A stretch of 8,702 nt of DNA from Octopus sinensis (Eukaryota). This document shows positions 1 to 7,647 of the stretch, in pieces. A model generated the notes under the pieces. That model saw only the letters and a program-made list of their open reading frames with translations, had not been told where the DNA came from and made no database searches. Position 1 is the stretch's first letter. Each line of letters starts with the position of its first letter. Made by a program: the position numbers and the translations under genes. The stretch spans positions 1-8,702 of the forward strand of contig NW_021828343.1 of the NCBI RefSeq assembly GCF_006345805.1. The letters are read 5' to 3'.

Positions 1-11
1 ACCCTAAAACA

Positions 12-236
12 TAAAAATAAATAATAAAACCACTATCTATGTCCGAGTTTGATCTTATAATATAATTGTAATAAGTTGATATGAGACATTATTTTTACAA
101 TCCTAACGAGAGGTTTTTATCGTCAGAAATACCTTCCATTTGATTCTATTGTTTAATTTATCAATTAGCTTTCCTGTTGTTATACAATTATTACAACGAC
201 CCTCACAAGCTCAATCGGCTCTTCAAGCGTGTCTTA
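12..236. repeat. Copy 1 of a ~220-bp tandem duplication; retains the empty Ginger target site
   Basis: Aligns by eye to 662-676 joined to 2530-2747, with few substitutions, small indels and a ~14-bp insertion in copy 2. It carries a single TAATA at 22-26, equivalent to the TSD in copy 2. The offset between copies is 650 bp once the Ginger element is removed. Confidence 0.9.
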
Positions 237-241
237 GGCTG

Positions 242-523
242 TTACATGCAATATGGAGACGCCTTTTCAAAGACAATGTCAGCATAACATGTGGCGTTAT
301 TCATGCAGAACATTACTAGTGGGGTATCCCCAAAGAGATCACAGGGGACTGTCTTTCCCCCTGTCTTCTTTATTATTCGGTCGATTAAGGTCGAGTTGTA
401 GTTTTTTAGGCTGATTGAGTATTGTTCTGTCTTGGTATGAAAGGAGGCGTCTATGTAGTCCTTCTCGATGTGGCTCTGCCAGTCGGGAGAGTCGATTGGG
501 TCTTTTGTGGTGAGTAACAGCAC
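242..523 (-). CDS. Orphan ORF of 93 aa (possible host exon or gene fragment), function unknown
   Basis: ORF track; visibly more GC-rich than its flanks. The frame stays open a little upstream of the GTG start (FSKSFLLPAVLLLTT, a hydrophobic stretch), but there is no in-frame ATG and no motif I recognise. Confidence 0.25.
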   Translation of the reverse strand: MLLLTTKDPIDSPDWQSHIEKDYIDASFHTKTEQYSISLKNYNSTLIDRIIKKTGGKTVPCDLFGDTPLVMFCMNNATCYADIVFEKASPYCM

Positions 524-676
524 AGCAGGCAGTAAAAACGACTTGGAAAATTAATGATGATTTTGTAAAAATAAGTTTAGCAAAAACACTAAATTTTTTT
601 TATCAGTTTGGGGTTTTATTTTTATAATTATCGAATAAATGCCATTTCAAAAAACAACTCTTAAAAATAGATAATA

Positions 677-732
677 TGTGACATGGGCGGCTGGATACGT
701 ATGGGCAACCGGTTACCTGACGTGACCTTGAA
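677..732 (+). repeat. Left terminal inverted repeat of Ginger element A
   Basis: TGTGACATGG...GATACGTATGGGC...TACCTGACGTGACCTTGAA; 45/56 identical, ungapped, to the reverse complement of 2469-2524. Confidence 0.92.
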
Positions 733-792
733 GCTTAACTTAATGTCAATATTGTAATTAATATTAAACTTCAAAGAATAATAACTTGTTAA

Positions 793-2254
793 TTATTTTT
801 TAAGTCTGGACATTGGCACAATCGAAATTTTGCTCATCGAATTTTTTATCTATTAAATTTAAATGTTTAAACTACCTCAACGCGATTGTTCGATAAAATA
901 CTGATAATTTCTGCAGATGGATAATATGGAGATTCAAACTTATCCAGTCGCAACGAAGGATTTGTTTCAAAGTCTTTTTTAACTCGAACCTAAACATTAA
1001 TTTTTATGCATACCTTATCACCAACACTAAATTCATACTTACTATTGTGAACATTCATTTTTCTGTTCATCGCTTTGTAATAATTAGAATTAGGATCAAT
1101 GGGGTTGATTTCGAACTGAAATCTTTTCGGACTTGTAAACGAATAATTACAGTCATCTACATATAGAAATTCAAATTACATGAATTTTCAATTGGACTCG
1201 GACAATTGTTTGCATCATCGACTTGGTCAGGACTCAACAAATCATTACTTGAATTATCTAAGGAATAATTTTATAATTACAACCATAAAATATTGTATTT
1301 ATTCCACTTATTCCCCGGTATCTTTCAAAAGGGCTCTCATTAGAAGATGAGTGGACAGAAATGTTATAACTGTACACTGCATTTTCTAATTTTTCCAACC
1401 ACTTTTATTATCATTGTCGATCATTTTTGCCATTTTTCTTGTAATTGACTGGTTGAAGCGTTCGACAATCCCTTGTGAGCGGGGATTGTTTGGCCTTCCG
1501 TGAATTCGTTTGATATTGAATTCCTCACATAGATTGGTCATTTCACGATTCTTGAATTCAGTCCCATTATCGGACTGAAGAAATTGACACGGACCATTTA
1601 AGAAAAATAATGATCTAAGGTTTTCACAAACTTCATTTGAGGACTTAGTGTAGAGCAGCCTCGCAAATGCAAATCTATAAAAATTGTTAAAAAAATAACC
1701 TGCTATATACGTCAATGACCGTTAAAATCCATTTAAAATTTTTATTTATAGTAGAAAAACTTTTCAGATCTATAAGATCTATCTGAAATCTTTCATTTGG
1801 GCAAGATGCAAAGACATAGTTATTTATATCTCCAATCTAGGATTTAAAAAAGTTAAAACTTTTAAGGGTCGCGCAAATTTACAAATTTCACAGTTTCGAA
1901 TGACTTTTCGAATAATCTCGTTTTTAACTGTGAATATCGTTGTCGACATTCATATTCAATTTTGTTAACTCCTCCATGCGAGAAGTCATGCAAACTATTA
2001 GCAACGATCTCCATTTCGGGTTCATTGTCTAGGCAAATCACTAGCTTGTGATCTGAATTCGCACATTTAAGATACAATCTATACATTTACAATTTGTATG
2101 ATACCTTTCATTAATTACAGTAAAATTTTCAATTTTCTTCTAACTAGTCTATATTTTTTTGCTTTGTAAGATGTTCAGGAAATTTATCCTGTAAAGCATC
2201 TTTTAAAATTTGATATTCCAAACTATTCTTTACATAACCTTTCTACGAGGACAT
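793..2254 (-). CDS. Ginger-type integrase/transposase (HHCC Zn finger, DDE core, C-terminal SH3/GPY-F-like module); 8 exons; apparent -1 frameshifts
   Basis: Reconstructed motifs: GYVKNSLEY..., LHDFSHGG...RNCEIC (HHCC), ERFQIDLID (D 1777-1779), VIDVYSR|FAFAR, LQSDNGTEF (D 1569-1571), SQGIVERFNQ (E 1461-1463), YSYNISVHSSSNESPFE, EFSVGDK|VRVKKDF, ...RLKK* (TAA 793-795). Needs 7 introns removed and 4 single-A restorations (T runs at 2154-2160, 2133-2136, 1921-1925, 1390-1394). The N-terminus is uncertain: ATG 2254 is followed by an in-frame TAG at 2243-2245. Confidence 0.85.
840..865 (-). other. Spliceosomal intron 7 (26 nt) of Ginger A integrase
   Basis: GTAGTTTAAACATTTAAATTTAATAG; removal gives NNRVE|IKNSMSK...RLKK*. 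Confidence 0.75.
990..1013 (-). other. Spliceosomal intron 6 (24 nt) of Ginger A integrase
   Basis: GTATGCATAAAAATTAATGTTTAG; ends in an in-frame TAG; removal restores FSVGDK|VRVKKDF. Confidence 0.85.
1157..1179 (-). other. Spliceosomal intron 5 (23 nt) of Ginger A integrase
   Basis: GTAATTTGAATTTCTATATGTAG; unspliced reading hits TAG, and removal rejoins an open frame. Confidence 0.7.
1258..1283 (-). other. Spliceosomal intron 4 (26 nt; alternative donor at 1280 gives 23 nt) of Ginger A integrase
   Basis: GTTGTAATTATAAAATTATTCCTTAG; unspliced reading hits TAG; both candidate donors restore the frame. Confidence 0.7.
1675..1699 (-). other. Spliceosomal intron 3 (25 nt) of Ginger A integrase
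   Basis: GTTATTTTTTTAACAATTTTTATAG; removal restores the integrase-core motif ILTVIDVYSR|FAFAR and joins two different frames. Confidence 0.9.
1837..1859 (-). other. Spliceosomal intron 2 (23 nt) of Ginger A integrase
   Basis: GTTTTAACTTTTTTAAATCCTAG; removal joins CEICKFARPLK in frame to IGDINNYVFASCPNERFQIDLID. Confidence 0.85.
2079..2104 (-). other. Spliceosomal intron 1 (26 nt) of Ginger A integrase
   Basis: GTATCATACAAATTGTAAATGTATAG; removal gives FTVINER|LYLK. A 26-nt intron sits at the same place in element B (5327-5352). Confidence 0.75.
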
Positions 2255-2468
2255 TGCTGCAAAATATACTTGCACGCTAGAAATAACTCAAGAAATTTAG
2301 GTTTTCCACCAAAAAAAATTATTTCTGATAATTAAATTCCTAAAAATATAATTTTTTGTCAAAATGAGAGAGTCTTTAGCTAATTTAGTAAATTATTAAA
2401 TGATAAGAATGAGTCGCGGTCTAATTAAAAGATTTATAATTTAATCCCATCAATGTCATAATTGCACA

Positions 2469-2524
2469 TTCAAGGTCACGTCAGGTATCGCGCGGCCCAT
2501 AGGTATCGCGCAAACCATGTCACA
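2469..2524 (-). repeat. Right (gene-upstream) terminal inverted repeat of Ginger element A
   Basis: Reverse complement matches 677-732; contains AGGTATCGCG twice (2483-2492, 2501-2510). Confidence 0.92.
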
Positions 2525-2529
2525 TAATA

Positions 2530-2747
2530 GAACCACATCTATGTCCGATTTGATTATAATATAATTGTATAAGTTGATGAATTAAATGCTTTATGAGACA
2601 TTGTTTTTATAATCCTAACGAGGTTTTCATCGTCAGAAATACCTTCCATTTAATTCTATTGTTTAATTTATCAATTAGCTTTCCTGTTGTTATACAATTA
2701 ATTACAACGACCCCCACAAGCTCAATCGGCTCTTCAAGCGTGTCTTA
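2530..2747. repeat. Copy 2 (main part) of the tandem duplication
   Basis: Near-identical to 27-236; its first bases lie at 662-676, on the other side of the Ginger insertion. Confidence 0.9.
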
Positions 2748-3269
2748 ATAGCTGCTATTATGGGAAACAGTTTCTCAATTCTCTCTGCGGGTTGTCCCGA
2801 TTTCCTTTTGTTTTTTTGTTTATATTCGAATTCTAGATTAGAAAAAATATTACATATGGTATCGATATGGAACCAACGGAGTTTGAGTTTGTTTATCAAA
2901 ATGTACGTGGAAGCCTGGTGCATCTGAACCAGGAAGAAAAGTTATATTTATCATATTTAACAAAATATCAATAAGAAGAAGATTGCTGTCAGTGTCAAGA
3001 GTGAACAAATACTTTTCTAATTGTGAAAAGACTTGGAAAAGAAGTTGTTTATTATCTAATAAGAGTGGGTATTCTACTGATTGTTAAGTAATAGAATATC
3101 TTAACCGCATTCAAAAATCTTGGAAATTTATTGATGAGTATGTTAAAATAAGTTATCAAAACATATAATCGAAAAGATTGAAAAAAGTCCTTCCATTCAA
3201 TACTTTTTAATTGTCAAACGTGGACAGTAGTAGTTTTGGTCCTAACTTGAAATAGTATTATAAGCAATT

Positions 3270-3337
3270 TTGGTACTTTTGTCGAAGTTTTTAATTATCT
3301 TCTAAAAAAACTGCGACCACTTCGACAAAAGTACCAA
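3270..3337. repeat. Perfect 19-bp inverted repeat with 30-bp spacer
   Basis: TTGGTACTTTTGTCGAAGT (3270-3288) and ACTTCGACAAAAGTACCAA (3319-3337). Confidence 0.9.
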
Positions 3338-3352
3338 TTTTTCTTTGTTGCT

Positions 3353-5155
3353 ATGTCTAATATGAAAAGAAAGGTTGACCGCGAATGCCGTGTATTCAAT
3401 AAATTATGGGAATTGAAGTATTTTTTTGCGAAAGATGAATTAAAGCAGAAAGCTTATTGTTTAATATGCCACGAACATCTCTCTGTTATGAAGGAGTATA
3501 ACATTCGACGTCATTATGAAACGAATCATGCTCCGATATATTCCAAGTACACTGGAAAGCTACGTGAGGATAAAGTTGAATCACTGAAACGCACTTTACA
3601 AATTCAACAAGGCCTTATAAAAAAAATTTTGAAAATAATGAAAATGTAACAAGAGCTGGATACGAGATAACGAAAATTATTTCACAACACGGGAAACCTT
3701 TAGTGATGGGATGTATATCAAAAATTGCATTATTGAAGCAGTTAATTGTGTGTGCCCACTAAATTCTTCCTTATTTGATGGAATAAGTTTGTCGGCGAGT
3801 TCTGTATCACGAGAACTGAAGAGCTTGGAAAAAATATATATTTACAAATTTGTGAAAAGACAAGTAATATGTTGTGGTATTCTCTTGCATTGGATGAGTC
3901 AGTTGACATTTCGGGAACATCGCAACTTCTTATTTTTATTCGTGGAGTTGATGAGAATATTTCCATAACTGAAGAACTGGCATCTGTTTGTTCTATTCAT
4001 GGAACAACCACTGGAAAAGATATTTTTGATGAATTGGAACAAACTATAAGTGACTATAACCTTGAATTGGAGAAACTGAGTTGTGTTACGATTGACGGGG
4101 CAAAGAATATGGCTGGTTTAAAAAGGGTCTAGTTGGGCAAATAACTAATAAATTGGAGGAATTACATATTTCAAACACTTTGTTCATTCATTGCATCCTT
4201 CATCAGCACGCACTATGTGCGAAGGCTCTTAATATTTCATGTGTGTTGAATCCAGTTATTCGCATAATAAACTTTGTTCGAGGGAGCTCACTTAATCACC
4301 GTCAGTTTAAAGTTTTACTTGACGATTTTGGATCTGAATATTTTGACTTACCATATTACACTGCAGTTAGATGGCTTAGCTGTGGTAATGTATTAAATAG
4401 ATTTTATAAACTCCGAAGTGAGATTGATATTTTTCTAACCAGTAAAAATAACTATTATCCCGAATTATCAGATCTTGCTTGGCTATCAAAATTATCATTT
4501 TTGGTTGATGTTACAACTCACATGAATGAGCTAAATCTGAAATTACAAGGAAAGGAAAACTTAATTTGTGATTTCTACAGGATAATTAAAGCATTTCGAC
4601 AAAAATTGATGTTATTCGAGTCACAACTTGGAGTACGTCAGTTTTCACACTTTTCTTGTTTTAAAAGTTTTTGTGAGGCAAACTGAATGAGGATCGACAT
4701 TACTTTCCAAATTGGAATTATCAAAGAATTAAAACATCATTTTTTACATAATTTTCTGAACTTGACAAAATTGAAAGCGATATAATTTTGTTCGGAAATC
4801 CATTTTCTTGTAATGTTGAGAATGTTCAACATGAATTACAGTAAGAAGTTGTTGACTTACAATCAAAAGAACACCTCAAAGATTGTCACAGACGGACCAA
4901 ACTCCCTGAGTTCTACGAATATATCAAGGATGATGAGTTTCCGAGACTAAAGAATTTTGCGATGATGATTTCTATATTTGGCACAACTTACCAATGTGAG
5001 CAAACGTTTTCGAGGATGAAATATTTAAGTCTGCCCATCGTGCAAGATTGACTGACGGACACTTAAAATCAATTCTCATGATAGGATGCAGCAATTTAAA
5101 ACCAAATATTGATGAACTTATCAAAAAAAGATCACAGTTCCATAGCTCTCATTAA
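3353..5155 (+). pseudogene. Buster/SPIN-type hAT transposase (GTF2IRD2/ZBED-like), frameshifted
   Basis: BED-type Zn finger CLIC...RRHYETNH; LALDES (D 3893-3895); TIDGA (D 4094-4096); HCILH (4189-4203); VRWLS (W 4372-4374); TYQCEQTFS (E 4998-5000); ends QFHSSH* (TAA 5153-5155). At least six -1 frameshifts and two in-frame stops (TGA 4684-4686, TAA 4842-4844). No introns needed. Confidence 0.92.
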
Positions 5156-5313
5156 AATTTTTGTTTACTTTATTTTTGTTTAAATTAGTTTTTATTGTAA
5201 AAAACACACTTATGAATTCTAGTAAAATTATAATCCTATGCACGTGCTCCGGCCCGCGTTCATTGTGTTGGGGTCAATCCGGCCCGCGAGTGCAAAAAGT
5301 TTGGTGACCCCTG
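3353..5313 (+). mobile_element. hAT superfamily, Buster/SPIN-like element; right end intact, left end absent
   Basis: Transposase 3353-5155; right TIR whose reverse complement is CAGGGGTCACCAAACT (5298-5313); subterminal TCCGGCCCGCG twice (5248-5258, 5278-5288); adjacent 8 bp CTTTAGAT fit the Buster NNNTANNN target pattern. No left TIR or matching left TSD found; the start coordinate is the ATG, not the true end. Confidence 0.88.
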
Positions 5314-5524
5314 CTTTAGATAGAGACTACGAATTAGGAATATCAAATATACCGATTATCATAAATTGATTCGCTTTTTTAATAAGTTTGTGTTTTTCGG
5401 ATTTAGATGTAGTTTATAAGGGTATTTGGAGTAGTGCATTTAAAATATTTTTATATTCACTGTCATTTTCACGTAACCTAAGAATTGAGACTATATTAAT
5501 ACAACATCTTTTGGAAGATACCAT
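5314..5524 (-). pseudogene. N-terminal remnant of Ginger B integrase with two short introns
   Basis: ATG(5524)|31-nt GT-AG intron 5491-5521|SQFLGYVK(N)DSEYKNILNAL...KSEKHKLIKKANQFMI|26-nt GT-AG intron 5327-5352|LYLK, versus element A GYVKNSLEYQILKDAL...KQKKYRLVRRKIENFTVINER|LYLK. Needs single-base restorations and has an unresolved stop or indel near 5405-5420. Confidence 0.7.
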
Positions 5525-5609
5525 TTTTTAATAAAATTACGCTAAACCCTTTTTATAATAAATTTTTTTTTTTTATTTTTTTTTTTTATATGTAATTAAC
5601 AAATAGTTA

Positions 5610-5784
5610 TTAACTAACTAAATTCCCGGCATCGTAAATGGAAACACAGTTTCCACGTACTATGGCCAAGGAAATCCTTTCGAAAAGCCACTTGGACTCG
5701 CGTGGGTCTCCCCGTTTATGGGAGATCATGCGGCCAAGCTTTTTTAGAAAGGAAAGAGACTTTTCGCCGATGACGCCGGAAGTC
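5610..5784 (-). pseudogene. C-terminus of the CRE RLE domain (non-inverted 3' segment)
   Basis: Translates TSGVIGEKSLSFLKKLGRMISHKRGDPRESKWLFERISLAIVRGNCVSIYDAGNLVS*, directly continuing the plus-strand body; followed by a 22-nt 3' UTR and poly(A). Confidence 0.9.
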
Positions 5785-7587
5785 AGCTAATCTCACTGCT
5801 TGGGCAAAAAAGATAACGGGGTCAGGCCGATCGCCGTGGGTAATGTTTTCCGCAGATTGGCCGGAAAGCTCGTTTGCCACGTTGTGATCCCCGAGTTGGT
5901 CCCGAAATTTTTGCCAGTCCAATTGGGCGTCGGCGTCAGTGGAGGGTGTGAATCGGCTGCCCATGCCGTAAGAGAACTTATGGATTCTTCATTGGAATAT
6001 CTTTTAGTTAAACTGGACATATCAAATGCGTTTAACACAGTGAGACGGGATCATTTGCTCGAGACCTGCCTTTCTCTCGCCCCCTCCGCTTATCCTCTAG
6101 TCCACCTTTCGTACTCACAACCCAGCCCCTCCTGTTTGGCGATTCCTTTATCGTCTCATCGACCGGAGTGCAACAGGGAGATCCCCTGGGGCCTTTCCTA
6201 TTTGCTATGTGTGTCAACTCCGTCGCTCATTCTGTCCGCTCTCCGGTAAATATCTGGTACTTGGACGACGCGACGATTGTGGACCTCCCCGCTCTGTCTT
6301 AGACGACCTGCGGAGCATTATCCCGGCCCTTTCATCCATCGGTCTGGAGATAAACTCAAGCAAGTCCGAAGTCCTAAACCTGAATATTCCTTCCGATTTT
6401 TTTGCCGAAACTCTGGACGCCCTGGAACCTATTCTAAAAGGCGCGCGGGTATCAGAAACAAAGGACCTTGTAATCCTTGGTTCGCCAATTGGTCACGAGG
6501 CCCTCTCACAAACGCTCATCGCCAAGGCAAGCAATCTGTCAAACATGATCGAACGGCTTTCCCTCATTGATGCCACGTCGGGTTCTTTCTTCTGCGTAAC
6601 TATTCTCAACTCCGAGGCTTTTGTACACCCTAAGGAGTTCTCCTTGTTTTCGCATGCCTAATCTGTTATCCGATATCGATTCTATCTTGAAGTCTGGAGC
6701 CGAGTATCTGTGCAACATCCATTTCGACGCTCTGGGGTGGCTTCAATCTTCCCTGCCTGTTAATCTCGGGGGATTGGCCTTCGTTCGCCGTTTATCTGGC
6801 TCTTCCTGCCTTCCTCTCGTCCCTGGCATCATCCCGTGCCCTCACTGACATCGTTCTCAGAAACCTTCCCGAACGAAAAATGTCAGTTGATCACGTGGCC
6901 GCTCTGGACCTTTGGATTCATTGTACAACAAAAGACCCAGTGACCCGTGTATCCAAGCTCAATGGGATGCCATTTCTTGTGAAGCTCTTGACGTACATCT
7001 ACGCAAAATTTCGATCAGCACAGACTTGCATGTCTCCGCGCAGGCTGCTGCACAGGGAGTGGGGCCTGGCTGGATGCTCTCCCTGTCCCTTCCACCGGTA
7101 ACCTACTAGACAAAGATTGCCTACGAATTGGTTTATCATTGCGTCTTGGATTGGAAATCTGCGAAATACACAAATGTCGTTGTGGTGCTGTCATTGACCG
7201 TTTTGGTCTACATCCCCTTTCCTGTCGTCGCAGTGCAGGGCGCGCACCACGCCATGCAGCACTTAACGACGTTATTCAGAGGGGGCTCACGGCCGCTGGG
7301 ATCCCATCAATCCTCGAACCCGTCGGGCTTGCGAGGGGAGACGGAAAAAGACCCGACGGCCTATCGACTTTCCCGTTGAGTTCGGCAAGTCTCTGTTATG
7401 GGATGCGACGTGTTCAGACACTTTCTCGGAGCTCAACCTTCCTTCTTCAGCTGTCGAGCCTGGCTCAGTCTCTCGCAAAACCGAGAAGATGAAGATTGGA
7501 AAGTACAAGGAGCTCTCTGAACGGTATCTGTTCACTCCCATCGCCGTCGAGACTTCCGGCGTCATCGGCGAAAAGTCTCTTTCCTTT
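5785..7587 (+). pseudogene. CRE-type reverse transcriptase, CCHC finger and RLE (inverted segment)
   Basis: KKDNGVRPIAVG; QLGVGVSGGCE; KLDISNAFN; GVQQGDPLGP (from 6165); WYLDD (YLDD 6258-6269); GGLGLRSA; SGAWLDALP; CRCG...HPLSC (7175-7225); RHAALND; KRPDG (RPDG 7349-7360); LLWDAT; K..KY; PIAVETSG. Ten -1 frameshifts and no nonsense codons after correction. Confidence 0.93.
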
Positions 7588-7647
7588 ATAATAAATTATT
7601 TTCGTTTTTAATTGAATGTCAAACTATGTAGGTCACGCTGTCAACAA

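Larger units (their letters stand above)
677..2524 (-). mobile_element. Complete Ginger2-like (Gypsy-type DDE integrase) DNA transposon, element A
   Basis: TGT...ACA termini; 56-bp imperfect TIRs (677-732, 2469-2524); perfect 5-bp TSD TAATA (672-676, 2525-2529); single internal integrase gene; no LTR, RT or RNase H. Confidence 0.9.
5565..7587 (-). mobile_element. CRE-clade non-LTR retrotransposon (RT plus restriction-like endonuclease), 5'-truncated and 5'-inverted
   Basis: Poly(A) tail on the minus strand at 5565-5587; sense 3' segment 5588-5784 (minus); inverted body 5785-7587 (plus); 13-bp TSD TTTATAATAAATT at 5552-5564 and 7585-7597. Confidence 0.9.

Noticed and set aside
342-357. CAGGGGAC as the missing left TIR of the hAT
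   Set aside because: Only the first few bases match CAGGGGTCACCAAACT, and there is no preceding CTTTAGAT.
1386-1715. Integrase as a prokaryotic IS3/IS481 transposase or part of an LTR retrotransposon
   Set aside because: It has spliceosomal introns, TGT...ACA TIRs and a 5-bp TSD, and lacks LTRs, gag, RT and RNase H.
1762-1788. Short inverted repeat TTTCAGAT...ATCTGAAA
   Set aside because: Only 8 bp and inside the RFQIDLIDLK coding sequence; likely incidental.
2079-2104. Intron 1 as coding sequence with one missing A (ERYHTNCKMYRLYLK)
   Set aside because: Formally possible given the -1 error pattern, but an equally sized GT-AG intron at the same position in element B favours splicing.
2702-3212. 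ORF 2702-2923 and overlapping open frames (2850-3083 and upstream) as a definite gene
   Set aside because: Several competing frames, no recognisable motif and no splice model that could be fixed; left unresolved as possible host gene remnant.
3742-3966. 74-aa minus-strand ORF
   Set aside because: Antisense shadow of the hAT transposase.
5716-7565. ORFs 5716-5964(-), 5793-6038(-), 6032-6217(-), 6277-6570(+), 7128-7379(+), 7287-7565(-) as genes
   Set aside because: Shadow or off-frame ORFs of the GC-rich CRE coding region with no motifs.
5748-7587. 37-bp inverted repeat around the RT read as DIRS-like terminal repeats or DNA-transposon TIRs
   Set aside because: The repeat is coding sequence of the RLE domain (TSGVIGEKSLSF); there is no tyrosine recombinase, and the poly(A) and TSD lie outside it.
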